A stretch of DNA of 64,000 nucleotides, from contig JBHHWH010000002.1 in assembly GCA_046756405.1 (NCBI GenBank), positions 240 to 64,239 of the forward strand. The letters run 5' to 3'. Under the pieces are notes generated by a model. The model had not been told where the DNA came from. It worked only from the letters and a program-made list of their open reading frames with translations, and searched no databases. Position numbers and translations under genes: made by a program. The stretch is from Acidimicrobiia bacterium (GTDB lineage Bacteria; Actinomycetota; Acidimicrobiia; Spongiisociales; ZC4RG35). How positions within the stretch are numbered: position 1 is the first letter of the stretch; each line of letters opens with the position of its first letter. Shown here one piece after another: positions 56,227 to 64,000 of the stretch.

Positions 56227-56419
56227 GACCACCTCCTTGATGTCACCCAGCGATGATTGTCGGCGCGACCGAGGACTGCCAACCGGCACCTCTTGCTTCC
56301 GGGAAGATCTGTGGCCGGCCCGCACACAACCCTCGTGGGGCTATCGTTCCCCGGATGGAGACGTCCGTCCTGCCACGGGGTGTGACGGACGGTGCCTGAC
56401 GTCTAACTAGGGAGACAGA

Positions 56420-58138
56420 ATGAAAGGACTAAAGGCGAGATATCTCGCGCTGATCGGCGTCTTCGCGCTCGTCGTAGCCGCGTGTGGTCAGACTGCTGAG
56501 CCCGCGGAGACGACGGCCGAGGCGCCCGCCGCTGCGCCTACGACAGCCGCTCCGGCGCCCACGCCTGCGCCCACGGAGGGAGCCGAGGAGACGGTTCTCA
56601 TCATCGGCACCACCGACGCCATCTCGAGCCTCGACGGTTCGGATGCCTACGCGGTGCACGACTGGGAGCTGCTGAAGAACGTCGGCGAAGGTCTGCTGAT
56701 CTGGGAGCCGGGCACGGGTGACAAGCTGATGCCGGGAGCAGCCGAGGACTTCGGTACCTTCAGCGACGACGGTCTCAGCTACACGATCAAGCTCAAGGAA
56801 GGCCTGGTGTTCGGCGACGGGACCCCCCTGACTGCCCAGGCCTACGCCGACCAGATCAACACCAGGTTGCTGGTGCTGGAAGGCTCGGGTGGAGTGGGGC
56901 CGGCCTTGGGCCAGCCCTATGTGGAGAGCGTCGAGGCTCTGGACGATCTCACGATCAAGTTCAACCTCACTGACACGTGGGGGTTCTTCGAGCAGTTGCT
57001 GGCCGGGGCTCCATACATCCCGCTCAACCCCACCCAGTTCCCCACCGGTGCGGGAGCGGAGCTTGTCGAATTCCCCGACCCACCGATCTACGGCAACGGT
57101 CCCTACTACATCGAGAGTTATACGATCGGCGAGCAGACCGTCCTCAAGGCGAACCCGCTTTATCAGGGAGTCCGTACCCCCAACGTAGACACGGTGATCA
57201 TCCGCTACTTCGGTAGCCCCCAGGCGATGGCCGAGGCCGTTCAGTCCGGTGAGATCGACGTGGCGTGGCGGATCCTCGGACCTGAGCTCCTCGACCAGGT
57301 GGAGGCCGCCGGCCTCAACGTGCAGACGATCTCCGGTGGTGCGATTCGCTACCTGATCGTCAACCACGCCGAGGGCTTCCCGGGTGCAGACCCCAACGTG
57401 GCCAAGGCCCTAGCGACCTTGATCGACCGCGATGACCTGTCCGACCGGGTGTTCGGTGGCCGTGTCGAGCCTCTCTACTCGCAGGTGCCCCCGGGATTCC
57501 TGGGAGCCACCGAGGTCTTCGACACCATGTACGGCGCTCCGGACGTGGACGCGGCCCTCGCGTTGCTGGCGGCGGCGGGTTACACGCCTGACAGCCCGCT
57601 TCAGCTAGAGCTCTGGTACCCGCCGGAGCACTACGGAGGCACCGTGGCCGACGCCATGCAGGTTCTCGAGGAACAGCTCGAAACAGGCGGCGCCATCGAG
57701 GTGGAGCTGAAGGCCCAGGAGTGGTCGACCTACGTGGGAGCCGTCATCGGCGGGGCCGATTACCCGGTCTCGCTGCTGGGTTGGTTCTACGACTATCCGG
57801 ACCCGGACAACTACATCTCCCCCTTCGTCCAGAACGGCGGACTGGGGACGATGGTGACCGATCCGGACACCGGTGCAGGGATCAACGCCAAGGCCCAGGA
57901 GCTGGTGGACAAGCTGGCCCAAGCAGCCTCCTCCGGTGACCAGGCCGAGCGTGAGGCCCTCTATCGGGAGATCCAGGAGATCTACGCCGATCTGGTCGTG
58001 ACGATCCCGCTGTGGTTCGAAGCTGAACACGTCGTCTACCGCGACGGCATCAGTGGAGACACCGCCTTTGGCGAGGCCGACAAGCTGAACATCGGTCCCA
58101 CGATCGAGTTCAACTACGCGACGGTCAACAAAGGCTGA
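56420..58138 (+). CDS. ABC transporter substrate-binding lipoprotein, family 5 (Dpp/Opp/Nik-type)
   Basis: 572 aa. Lipobox LVVAAC. Ala/Pro/Thr-rich linker. SBP_bac_5 fold. Confidence 0.85.
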   Translation: MKGLKARYLALIGVFALVVAACGQTAEPAETTAEAPAAAPTTAAPAPTPAPTEGAEETVLIIGTTDAISSLDGSDAYAVHDWELLKNVGEGLLIWEPGTGDKLMPGAAEDFGTFSDDGLSYTIKLKEGLVFGDGTPLTAQAYADQINTRLLVLEGSGGVGPALGQPYVESVEALDDLTIKFNLTDTWGFFEQLLAGAPYIPLNPTQFPTGAGAELVEFPDPPIYGNGPYYIESYTIGEQTVLKANPLYQGVRTPNVDTVIIRYFGSPQAMAEAVQSGEIDVAWRILGPELLDQVEAAGLNVQTISGGAIRYLIVNHAEGFPGADPNVAKALATLIDRDDLSDRVFGGRVEPLYSQVPPGFLGATEVFDTMYGAPDVDAALALLAAAGYTPDSPLQLELWYPPEHYGGTVADAMQVLEEQLETGGAIEVELKAQEWSTYVGAVIGGADYPVSLLGWFYDYPDPDNYISPFVQNGGLGTMVTDPDTGAGINAKAQELVDKLAQAASSGDQAEREALYREIQEIYADLVVTIPLWFEAEHVVYRDGISGDTAFGEADKLNIGPTIEFNYATVNKG

Positions 58139-58218
58139 TCCCAACAAGTAGGTGAAGAGAGGGGGGCGGGTCTGACCCGCTCCCCTCTCTGGCACCTCTC
58201 CGACCTACTTAGGCTGAA

Positions 58219-59322
58219 TTGAGCATGCATCCCCTGGCGATCACATTCCTGATCATCGGCGTCCCGGCGCTGCTAGCTCTCATCTACATCTACGTGAGAG
58301 GGTCGTCGGCGCTGCGTCGCTACGTGACCACCCGCATCGTGCTCACCCTCCCCATGATCCTCATCCTCGCCAGCGTGGTCTTCTTCGTGCTCCGGGTGCT
58401 CCCCGGTGACCCGGTGACCTCATCCCTCGGACCTAAGGGCTCTCCCGAGGTCAAAGAGCAGCTCCGAGAGAACCTGGGGCTAAATGACCCCATCCTCGTT
58501 CAGTACGTCAGGTTCCTAGGCGATGTGGTCACCCTCGACTTCGGCACCGCCATGACCAGCGGTCAGCGCCCCATCGCCGACGAGCTGGGCGAGAAGTTCC
58601 CCGCCACTCTCGAGTTGATAGTGCCCGCATCGATTGTCGCCCTGGTGGTGGGCATCTCTATGGGTGCCGTCGCCGCGGTACGGCGAAAACAGCCCGTTGA
58701 CTACGGACTCAGGCTCTACAGCGTGGTCATCTACGCCATGCCCGTCTTCTGGCTCGGGCTCATCCTCCAGCTCGTGTTCGGCGTCTGGCTGGGTTGGGCG
58801 CCGACCGGAGGTCGGATAGACGCCATCATCGGCTCTGACCTGCCACGGGTGACCAACCTCCTGGTGATCGACTCCGTCCTGGCAGGCGACTGGGAGGCGC
58901 TCCGCAGCGTGTTCGGGCACATGATCCTCCCCGCGGTGACCCTGGGCCTGATCCTGTCGGGGGTCTTCTTGCGCCTGACCCGGATCAACGTGATCGAAGT
59001 CGCCCAGGAGGACTACATAGCCGCGGCCCGGGCCAGGGGTATTCGCGAATTCGTCGTCCGCTACAAGCACTCCCTGAAGAACGCCATGATCCCGGTGATC
59101 ACCCTGATCGGGCTTCAGGTGGCGATCCTGTTAGGCGGAGCAGTACTCACCGAGACCGTGTTCTCCTGGCCCGGTATGGGCCGTTACCTGGTAGAACGTA
59201 TCGGATCGCGGGACTTCACCGCCGTTCAGAGCACCGTCGCCATGTTCGCCATGTTCGTTGCGCTGATCAGCCTGGCAGTGGACATAGTCTACTCGCTGCT
59301 CGACCCGAGGGTCCGGTACTGA
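58219..59322 (+). CDS. ABC transporter permease, DppB/OppB-like
   Basis: 367 aa, 6-TM BPD_transp_1 permease. EAA-like loop region (YIAAARARGIRE). Confidence 0.85.
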   Translation: MSMHPLAITFLIIGVPALLALIYIYVRGSSALRRYVTTRIVLTLPMILILASVVFFVLRVLPGDPVTSSLGPKGSPEVKEQLRENLGLNDPILVQYVRFLGDVVTLDFGTAMTSGQRPIADELGEKFPATLELIVPASIVALVVGISMGAVAAVRRKQPVDYGLRLYSVVIYAMPVFWLGLILQLVFGVWLGWAPTGGRIDAIIGSDLPRVTNLLVIDSVLAGDWEALRSVFGHMILPAVTLGLILSGVFLRLTRINVIEVAQEDYIAAARARGIREFVVRYKHSLKNAMIPVITLIGLQVAILLGGAVLTETVFSWPGMGRYLVERIGSRDFTAVQSTVAMFAMFVALISLAVDIVYSLLDPRVRY

Positions 59323-60590
59323 TGGCTGTCGAACTCGAGCCGCGTCGGGACCAGGACCAGGAGCAGTGGCAGCTAGATCTGGAAAAGGTTGGCCTGGTGC
59401 GGCGTCTCCTGGCCGGACGCAAGTGGTACGGAGCCGACTGGTGGTTCGTGGCCATCGCCTCTGCCATGGTCACGATGTTCTTTTTCGTGGCGGCTTTCCC
59501 CGATGTCCTCGCTCCCCATGACCCGACCGAGCAGGTGGGGCCGCGATTCCTGGCACCGGGGGAGGTACCCGATCAGGACGTCATGATTCTGCCCGTTGGG
59601 GTGGAGGTTTCCGCCCTTGCTGACCTCGCCGGAGAGGAGCGGATCCCGACGGGAGTGGTGCGGGGAGCCCATTCCTCTCAGACTATCCGCGACGAAGCGG
59701 ACCGGGTGACCGAGGAGCTGAAGGCGGCCGGGGACGACCGGCGGGTTCGGCTGCGCATCATCCGCTACGACACGTTGGAGGAGACCCTCGACGGGCTCAA
59801 GGACGGGGAGACCGCCGTGGTGGCAGCATCCCTGAAGGAGTTTCAGACCGTGGCCGACACCTACCCCGAGCTCTACGTCGCCGGGCCGATCCATCCTGAG
59901 ACGGGTAGCGGTCTCAGCTTCTTCATGGGAACCAACCAGATCGGCCAGGATGTATGGAGCCGTGTGCTGTGGGGCGCCCGGGTCTCGCTGATCATCGGGT
60001 TTGCTTCCGCGGTGGTGTCAGTGGTCTTCGGTGTTCCCCTGGGTCTCCTCGCTGGGTTCCGGGGAGGCCGCTTCGACCGGGCGATGACCATGTTCATGGA
60101 CAGTCTCTACGCCTTTCCCGGGCTCATCCTCGCCATCGCCATCACCGCGGTCCTCGGTCCGTCCGTCCTCAACATCATCCTCGCCATCGCGGTGCTCTAC
60201 GTGCCGACGTACTACCGGATCGTGCGCGGCCAGACCCTGTCCACCAAGGAAAGCCTCTACGTGGAGGCGGCGACCAGCCTCGGCGCCAAAACCCGCACCA
60301 TCCTGGTCAAGTACATCTATCCGAATGTGATCCCGTCGGTGGCGATCATCTTCTCGGTCAATGTCGCCGACGCCATCCTCACCGGCGCCGGGCTGTCCTT
60401 CCTGGGTCTGGGCCTTCCGCCGACCATTCCTGACTGGGGTATCGACATCTCTCGTGGTGTCACCTCGATGCAGACGGCGTGGTGGATCATCACCTTTCCT
60501 GGCGTAGCCGTGGTGCTGGTGGTGCTGGCATTCACCCTGCTGGGGGAGGGGCTGATGGAGATCTTCAACCCGAAGTTGCGTGACCGATGA
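59322..60590 (+). CDS. ABC transporter permease, DppC/OppC-like, with ~150-aa periplasmic insertion after TM1
   Basis: 422 aa. C-terminal 270 aa are a canonical DppC core (LWGARVSLIIGF..., EAA loop VEAATSLGAKTRT). ATG overlaps the upstream stop. Confidence 0.85.
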   Translation: MAVELEPRRDQDQEQWQLDLEKVGLVRRLLAGRKWYGADWWFVAIASAMVTMFFFVAAFPDVLAPHDPTEQVGPRFLAPGEVPDQDVMILPVGVEVSALADLAGEERIPTGVVRGAHSSQTIRDEADRVTEELKAAGDDRRVRLRIIRYDTLEETLDGLKDGETAVVAASLKEFQTVADTYPELYVAGPIHPETGSGLSFFMGTNQIGQDVWSRVLWGARVSLIIGFASAVVSVVFGVPLGLLAGFRGGRFDRAMTMFMDSLYAFPGLILAIAITAVLGPSVLNIILAIAVLYVPTYYRIVRGQTLSTKESLYVEAATSLGAKTRTILVKYIYPNVIPSVAIIFSVNVADAILTGAGLSFLGLGLPPTIPDWGIDISRGVTSMQTAWWIITFPGVAVVLVVLAFTLLGEGLMEIFNPKLRDR

Positions 60591-61585
60591 GCTATCAGCC
60601 GCTGCTCTCGATCCGCAATCTGGTCGTGGAGTACAAGACCAGGTCGGGGAGTGTCTCCGCCGTTCGTGGCGTCGACCTTGACGTCCGTCGGGGCGAGATA
60701 CTGGGCCTGGTAGGAGAGTCAGGGTGTGGCAAGTCGACACTAGGGAAGGCGCTTCTTCGCATGCCCCCCGGCCACATCGCCTCCGGGGAGATGATCTTCG
60801 ACGGCATCGACCTGGCCCGGCTGAGCGAACGGGAGTTGATGAGGGACATCCGAGGTGCCCGGATTGGCATGGTCTTCCAGGACCCGATGACCTCTCTCAA
60901 CCCGGTGCAGAGCATCGTCGACCATCTGATCGAAACCATCCGTACCCACCAACCGCATGTTTCACCCAGCCAAGCCCGGGAGAAGGTGGAAGCCCTAGTG
61001 GACCGTCTCGGCATCAGGGCGGCTCGCATCGACGACTACCCCCATCAGTTCTCCGGCGGGATGCGTCAGAGGATCATGATCGCCCTGGCCCTGGCCCTCC
61101 AGGCTGACCTAGTTATCGCCGACGAGCCCACCACCGCCCTCGATGTGATCGTGGAGGCCCAGTTCCTCGATCTCCTCCGTGAACTCCGTGCCGAGTTCGA
61201 TCTCACCATCATCCTCATAACCCACAACATCGGCGTGGTGGCCGAGATCGCCGACAGGGTTGCGGTCATGTACGCCGGGAAGATCGTCGAGTTGGCTCCC
61301 GTCCATGAGCTCTTCGGGGAGACCAAACACCCCTACAGCCAGGGCCTCCTCAGGTCGGTGCCATCCATCGAGCTGGACAGCACCGACCTCTACAAGATGG
61401 AGGGGGCGCCGCCGAGCCTGTTCAACATCCCTCCCGGATGTTCGTTCAATCCCCGATGTCCCCATGCCATGCCCATCTGCTCGGAGAGGACCCCTGGGCT
61501 CTTACCGGCGGAGGGCAACCCCGAACACTTGGCAGCGTGCTGGCTCTACCAGGAGAGTCCCGTCCAAGCTCAGGAGCCTGTTTGA
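60587..61585 (+). CDS. ABC transporter ATP-binding protein, DppD/OppD-like
   Basis: Walker A GESGCGKST. Signature FSGGMRQR. Walker B LVIADEPTTALD. C-terminal oligopeptide-ABC Cys motif (CSFNPRCPHAMPIC). Confidence 0.85.
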   Translation: MSYQPLLSIRNLVVEYKTRSGSVSAVRGVDLDVRRGEILGLVGESGCGKSTLGKALLRMPPGHIASGEMIFDGIDLARLSERELMRDIRGARIGMVFQDPMTSLNPVQSIVDHLIETIRTHQPHVSPSQAREKVEALVDRLGIRAARIDDYPHQFSGGMRQRIMIALALALQADLVIADEPTTALDVIVEAQFLDLLRELRAEFDLTIILITHNIGVVAEIADRVAVMYAGKIVELAPVHELFGETKHPYSQGLLRSVPSIELDSTDLYKMEGAPPSLFNIPPGCSFNPRCPHAMPICSERTPGLLPAEGNPEHLAACWLYQESPVQAQEPV

Positions 61586-62646
61586 TGGCCAGCCAGACCG
61601 AGAACCTCGTCGAGCTGAGACACCTGAAGAAGTGGTTTCCGGTCCAGCAGGGCCTGATCGCCGCGCTGCTATCCCGGGGACACAAGGACTATGTACGCGC
61701 CGTGGACGGCATCGACCTCGAGATCCGACGGGGTGAGGTGTTGGGCCTGGTGGGCGAGTCGGGCTCGGGCAAGTCGACGGTAGGGCGGCTGGTGCTCCGG
61801 CTCCTCGATCCCACCGAAGGCAGCGTGATCCTCGACGGTCAGGACCTGGCAGCGCTGACCAGCGAGGAACTTCGGGTCGCCAGGAGAAAGATGCAGGTCG
61901 TCTTCCAGGACCCCCTTGCCTCCCTCAATCCGAGGATGAAGATCGGAGAAGCGATCGAGCACCCCGCCAAGATCCACATGCCGGAGCTCTCGGCGGAGGA
62001 GAGAAGGCAGCTCGTGCTCGACCTTCTGGAAGAGGTGGGCCTGAACCCACCGGAGTTCTTCTATGACAAATTTCCCCACCAGATCTCAGGAGGGCAGAGA
62101 CAGAGGATCGTGATCGCCAGGGCACTGATCACCCGCCCCGAGCTGATCGTGGCCGACGAGCCGATCGCCATGGCCGACGTGTCGGTTCAGTCGCTGCTCC
62201 TCGACCTGATGGTCAAGCTCAAGAAACAGTTCCATCTCACATACCTGTTCATCACCCACGACCTGGCCACCACCAAGTACATCTGCGATCGCATCGCCAT
62301 CATGTACCTGGGGAAGATCGTCGAAGTGGGGACGCTCCAGGAAGTCTTCTCCCGTCCCCAGCATCCCTACACCCGGGCGCTCCTGGCTGCGGTGCCGGTA
62401 CCCGATCCGCGGCACCGGCGCACCGAGCCCCTTCCCAGAGGGGAGATCCCCAACCCGATCAACCCTCCCTCCGGATGCCGTTTCCATCCTCGGTGCCCCA
62501 TCGCCCTCGAAGGGGTGTGCGACGTGATCGAGCCGGAGCTGAGACCCATGCCGGGAGGCATCGACCATGCCGCCTCCTGTCATCTTCGCACCGGCGACTA
62601 CACCCAACGCGACCCGGAAAGAGCCGCCGAGACCTCCCCTTCCTAG
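61585..62646 (+). CDS. ABC transporter ATP-binding protein, DppF/OppF-like
   Basis: 353 aa from the ATG overlapping the upstream stop ([14 protein letters not shown]...). Walker [10 protein letters not shown]. Signature ISGGQRQR. Walker [14 protein letters not shown]-terminal CRFHPRCP motif. Confidence 0.85.
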   Translation: MASQTENLVELRHLKKWFPVQQGLIAALLSRGHKDYVRAVDGIDLEIRRGEVLGLVGESGSGKSTVGRLVLRLLDPTEGSVILDGQDLAALTSEELRVARRKMQVVFQDPLASLNPRMKIGEAIEHPAKIHMPELSAEERRQLVLDLLEEVGLNPPEFFYDKFPHQISGGQRQRIVIARALITRPELIVADEPIAMADVSVQSLLLDLMVKLKKQFHLTYLFITHDLATTKYICDRIAIMYLGKIVEVGTLQEVFSRPQHPYTRALLAAVPVPDPRHRRTEPLPRGEIPNPINPPSGCRFHPRCPIALEGVCDVIEPELRPMPGGIDHAASCHLRTGDYTQRDPERAAETSPS

Positions 62647-63176
62647 GAGAGCCGCCGGCCTTCGAAACGTCCCGCCAGCCCCCGGAAGAAGGCGGGAATG
62701 TTTATGTAGACCAACCGTTCCCAGTCGACTATCGCGATGAACAACGCGGTGAGGAAGGGAGCCCACCAGGCCGGAGGCCGGTCGGTCCAAAGCAGGTAGA
62801 GGAACGGGCCGTAACCGAGGACCTGGAGGAGCATGCCCGCCGCGGTGTTGCCCACCAGGAAGAGCACTCCGAGGATGACCGCGAGTCCAATCCCCGCCAG
62901 GGGCGCGATCACGCCCAGACCCACCAGGCCCAGCACCAGGGCGAGTCCAACCAGAGTGTCGGCGGCGAGGTCCCAGTCTCCAAGGCGAGTCTCGGCATCG
63001 GAGCTCCGGGCCAGCCGGCCGTCGGCGAAATCCGACGTCCAGGCCACCGAAAGGAGCAGCGCGGCGGCGGTGAGCGAACCCGACCAGACGACTGGAACGA
63101 GCAGGGCGGCGATGACCACCCTCCCCAACGTGAGGGCGTCGGCTCCCTTCGCCCGGGGGTCTCCACCGGGTTCCAT
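62643..63176 (-). CDS. CDP-alcohol phosphatidyltransferase-family membrane protein
   Basis: 177 aa. Signature D-x2-DG-x2-AR...G-x3-D-x3-D ([25 protein letters not shown]). Multiple TM helices. Confidence 0.75.
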   Translation of the reverse strand: MEPGGDPRAKGADALTLGRVVIAALLVPVVWSGSLTAAALLLSVAWTSDFADGRLARSSDAETRLGDWDLAADTLVGLALVLGLVGLGVIAPLAGIGLAVILGVLFLVGNTAAGMLLQVLGYGPFLYLLWTDRPPAWWAPFLTALFIAIVDWERLVYINIPAFFRGLAGRFEGRRLS

Positions 63177-63243
63177 GACCCTTATTCAAGCCCATCGAGA
63201 TTGGGTTGAGATGGAGATGGGGCCCATTACCCTCACGGGTTCA

Positions 63244-64000
63244 ATGTCGTACGACCACAAAGCCATCGAAGCCAAGTGGCAGGAGATCTGGGAAGGAGAA
63301 CGGGTCTTCTACGTGAAAGAGGATCCGTCGAAGCCAAAGTTCTACAACCTATGCATGTACCCGTATCCCTCCGGGGCTCTCCATCAGGGGCACGTGCGCA
63401 ACTACACCTTCGGGGACCTGCTCACCCGTTACAAGAAGATGCAGGGCTTCCATGTCCTCTCGCCCATGGGTTGGGACAGCTTCGGCCTGCCCGCCGAGAA
63501 CGCCGCCATCGACAGGGGCATTCATCCCAGACCCAACACCGAGGCTCAGATCGAGACGATGACCCAGCAGATAAAGCAGCTGGGAGCGATGTACGACTGG
63601 GACCGGGAGCTCGCTGCCCACGACCCCTTCTATTACCGATGGGACCAGTGGCTGTTCCTGGAGATGTACCAAAGAGGCCTGGCCTATAAGGCCGAGGCGC
63701 CGGTCAACTGGTGCCCTAAGGATCAGACGGTTCTCGCCAACGAGCAGGTGATCGACGGCCTCTGCGAACGGTGCGACACTCCCGTGGAGAAGCGGATGCT
63801 CTCCCAGTGGTTCTTCAAGATCACCGACTACGCCGACCGTCTCCTCGACGATCTGGAGAAGCTGGAGCACTGGCCGGAGCGGGTCCGGGTTATGCAGCAC
63901 AACTGGATCGGACGTTCCGAAGGCGCCATCTTCACCATCGAGGTGGACGGAGGTGGGTCTTTCGACGTGTTCACCACCCGACCGGACACGGTCTTCGGGA
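63244..64000 (+). CDS. leuS: Leucyl-tRNA synthetase, N-terminal part (truncated by window end)
   Basis: [24 protein letters not shown]..., HIGH motif region [16 protein letters not shown], and the editing-domain junction. No stop before nt 64000. An in-frame ATG at 63211 is an alternative start. Confidence 0.85.
   Translation, partial: MSYDHKAIEAKWQEIWEGERVFYVKEDPSKPKFYNLCMYPYPSGALHQGHVRNYTFGDLLTRYKKMQGFHVLSPMGWDSFGLPAENAAIDRGIHPRPNTEAQIETMTQQIKQLGAMYDWDRELAAHDPFYYRWDQWLFLEMYQRGLAYKAEAPVNWCPKDQTVLANEQVIDGLCERCDTPVEKRMLSQWFFKITDYADRLLDDLEKLEHWPERVRVMQHNWIGRSEGAIFTIEVDGGGSFDVFTTRPDTVFG

Overview
High-GC (actinobacterial-type; exact taxon cannot be determined from sequence alone) chromosomal segment, densely coding on both strands. 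Coordinates are anchored on the supplied ORF track; internal start codons were derived from ORF coordinates plus residue index.

Core block, 1-12 kb: folC, ndk, the rod-shape cluster mreB-mreC-mreD-mrdA(PBP2)-rodA, tdk, and rne(RNase E/G)-rplU-rpmA-obg.

12-24.9 kb: a convergent trkA-trkH K+ uptake operon; then a coxD(MoxR AAA+)-coxE(VWA)-CheY-like receiver-coxL-like module. The coxL-like gene is a lone form-II-type Mo-hydroxylase large subunit with no small or medium subunit next to it. Next come an alpha/beta hydrolase and two tandem GAPDH genes, the upstream one lacking the catalytic Cys and His. Then an M23 peptidase, nadD, rsfS and tRNA-Ala(GGC).

25-34.9 kb, downstream of the tRNA: a more accessory-looking block. 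It holds a TPR/LuxR regulator, an SRPBCC protein, three SAM-methyltransferases, a standalone EAL protein, an orphan bc1-type Rieske protein with a Tat motif, glpD, and a ferritin-like gene.

35-48.6 kb: a module that looks like 4-hydroxybenzoyl-CoA reductase (HcrCAB: 2Fe-2S, Mo, and an FAD subunit with a C-x15-C-x7-C-x8-C insertion predicted to bind a [4Fe-4S] cluster). Downstream in the same direction are a degenerate CDGSH-like segment and the ferritin-like gene. The module is flanked by a PaaK-like and a benzoate-CoA-ligase-family CoA ligase, a Zn-ADH, an alpha/beta hydrolase and a 5-gene Liv-type ABC importer.

48.9-64 kb: RidA, an MBL hydrolase, an enol-lactonase-like hydrolase, small hypotheticals, a PAS histidine kinase + GGDEF(degenerate)-EAL operon, a 3-hydroxyacyl-CoA dehydrogenase, a Dpp/Opp-type peptide ABC importer (SBP, 2 permeases, 2 ATPases), a CDP-alcohol phosphatidyltransferase, and the 5' part of leuS.

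A distinctive palindromic interspersed repeat of about 62-75 bp occurs at three loci (four copies), each immediately 3' of stop codons; two copies directly flank the HK-EAL operon. No CRISPR arrays, transposases, integrases or rRNA genes were recognised.
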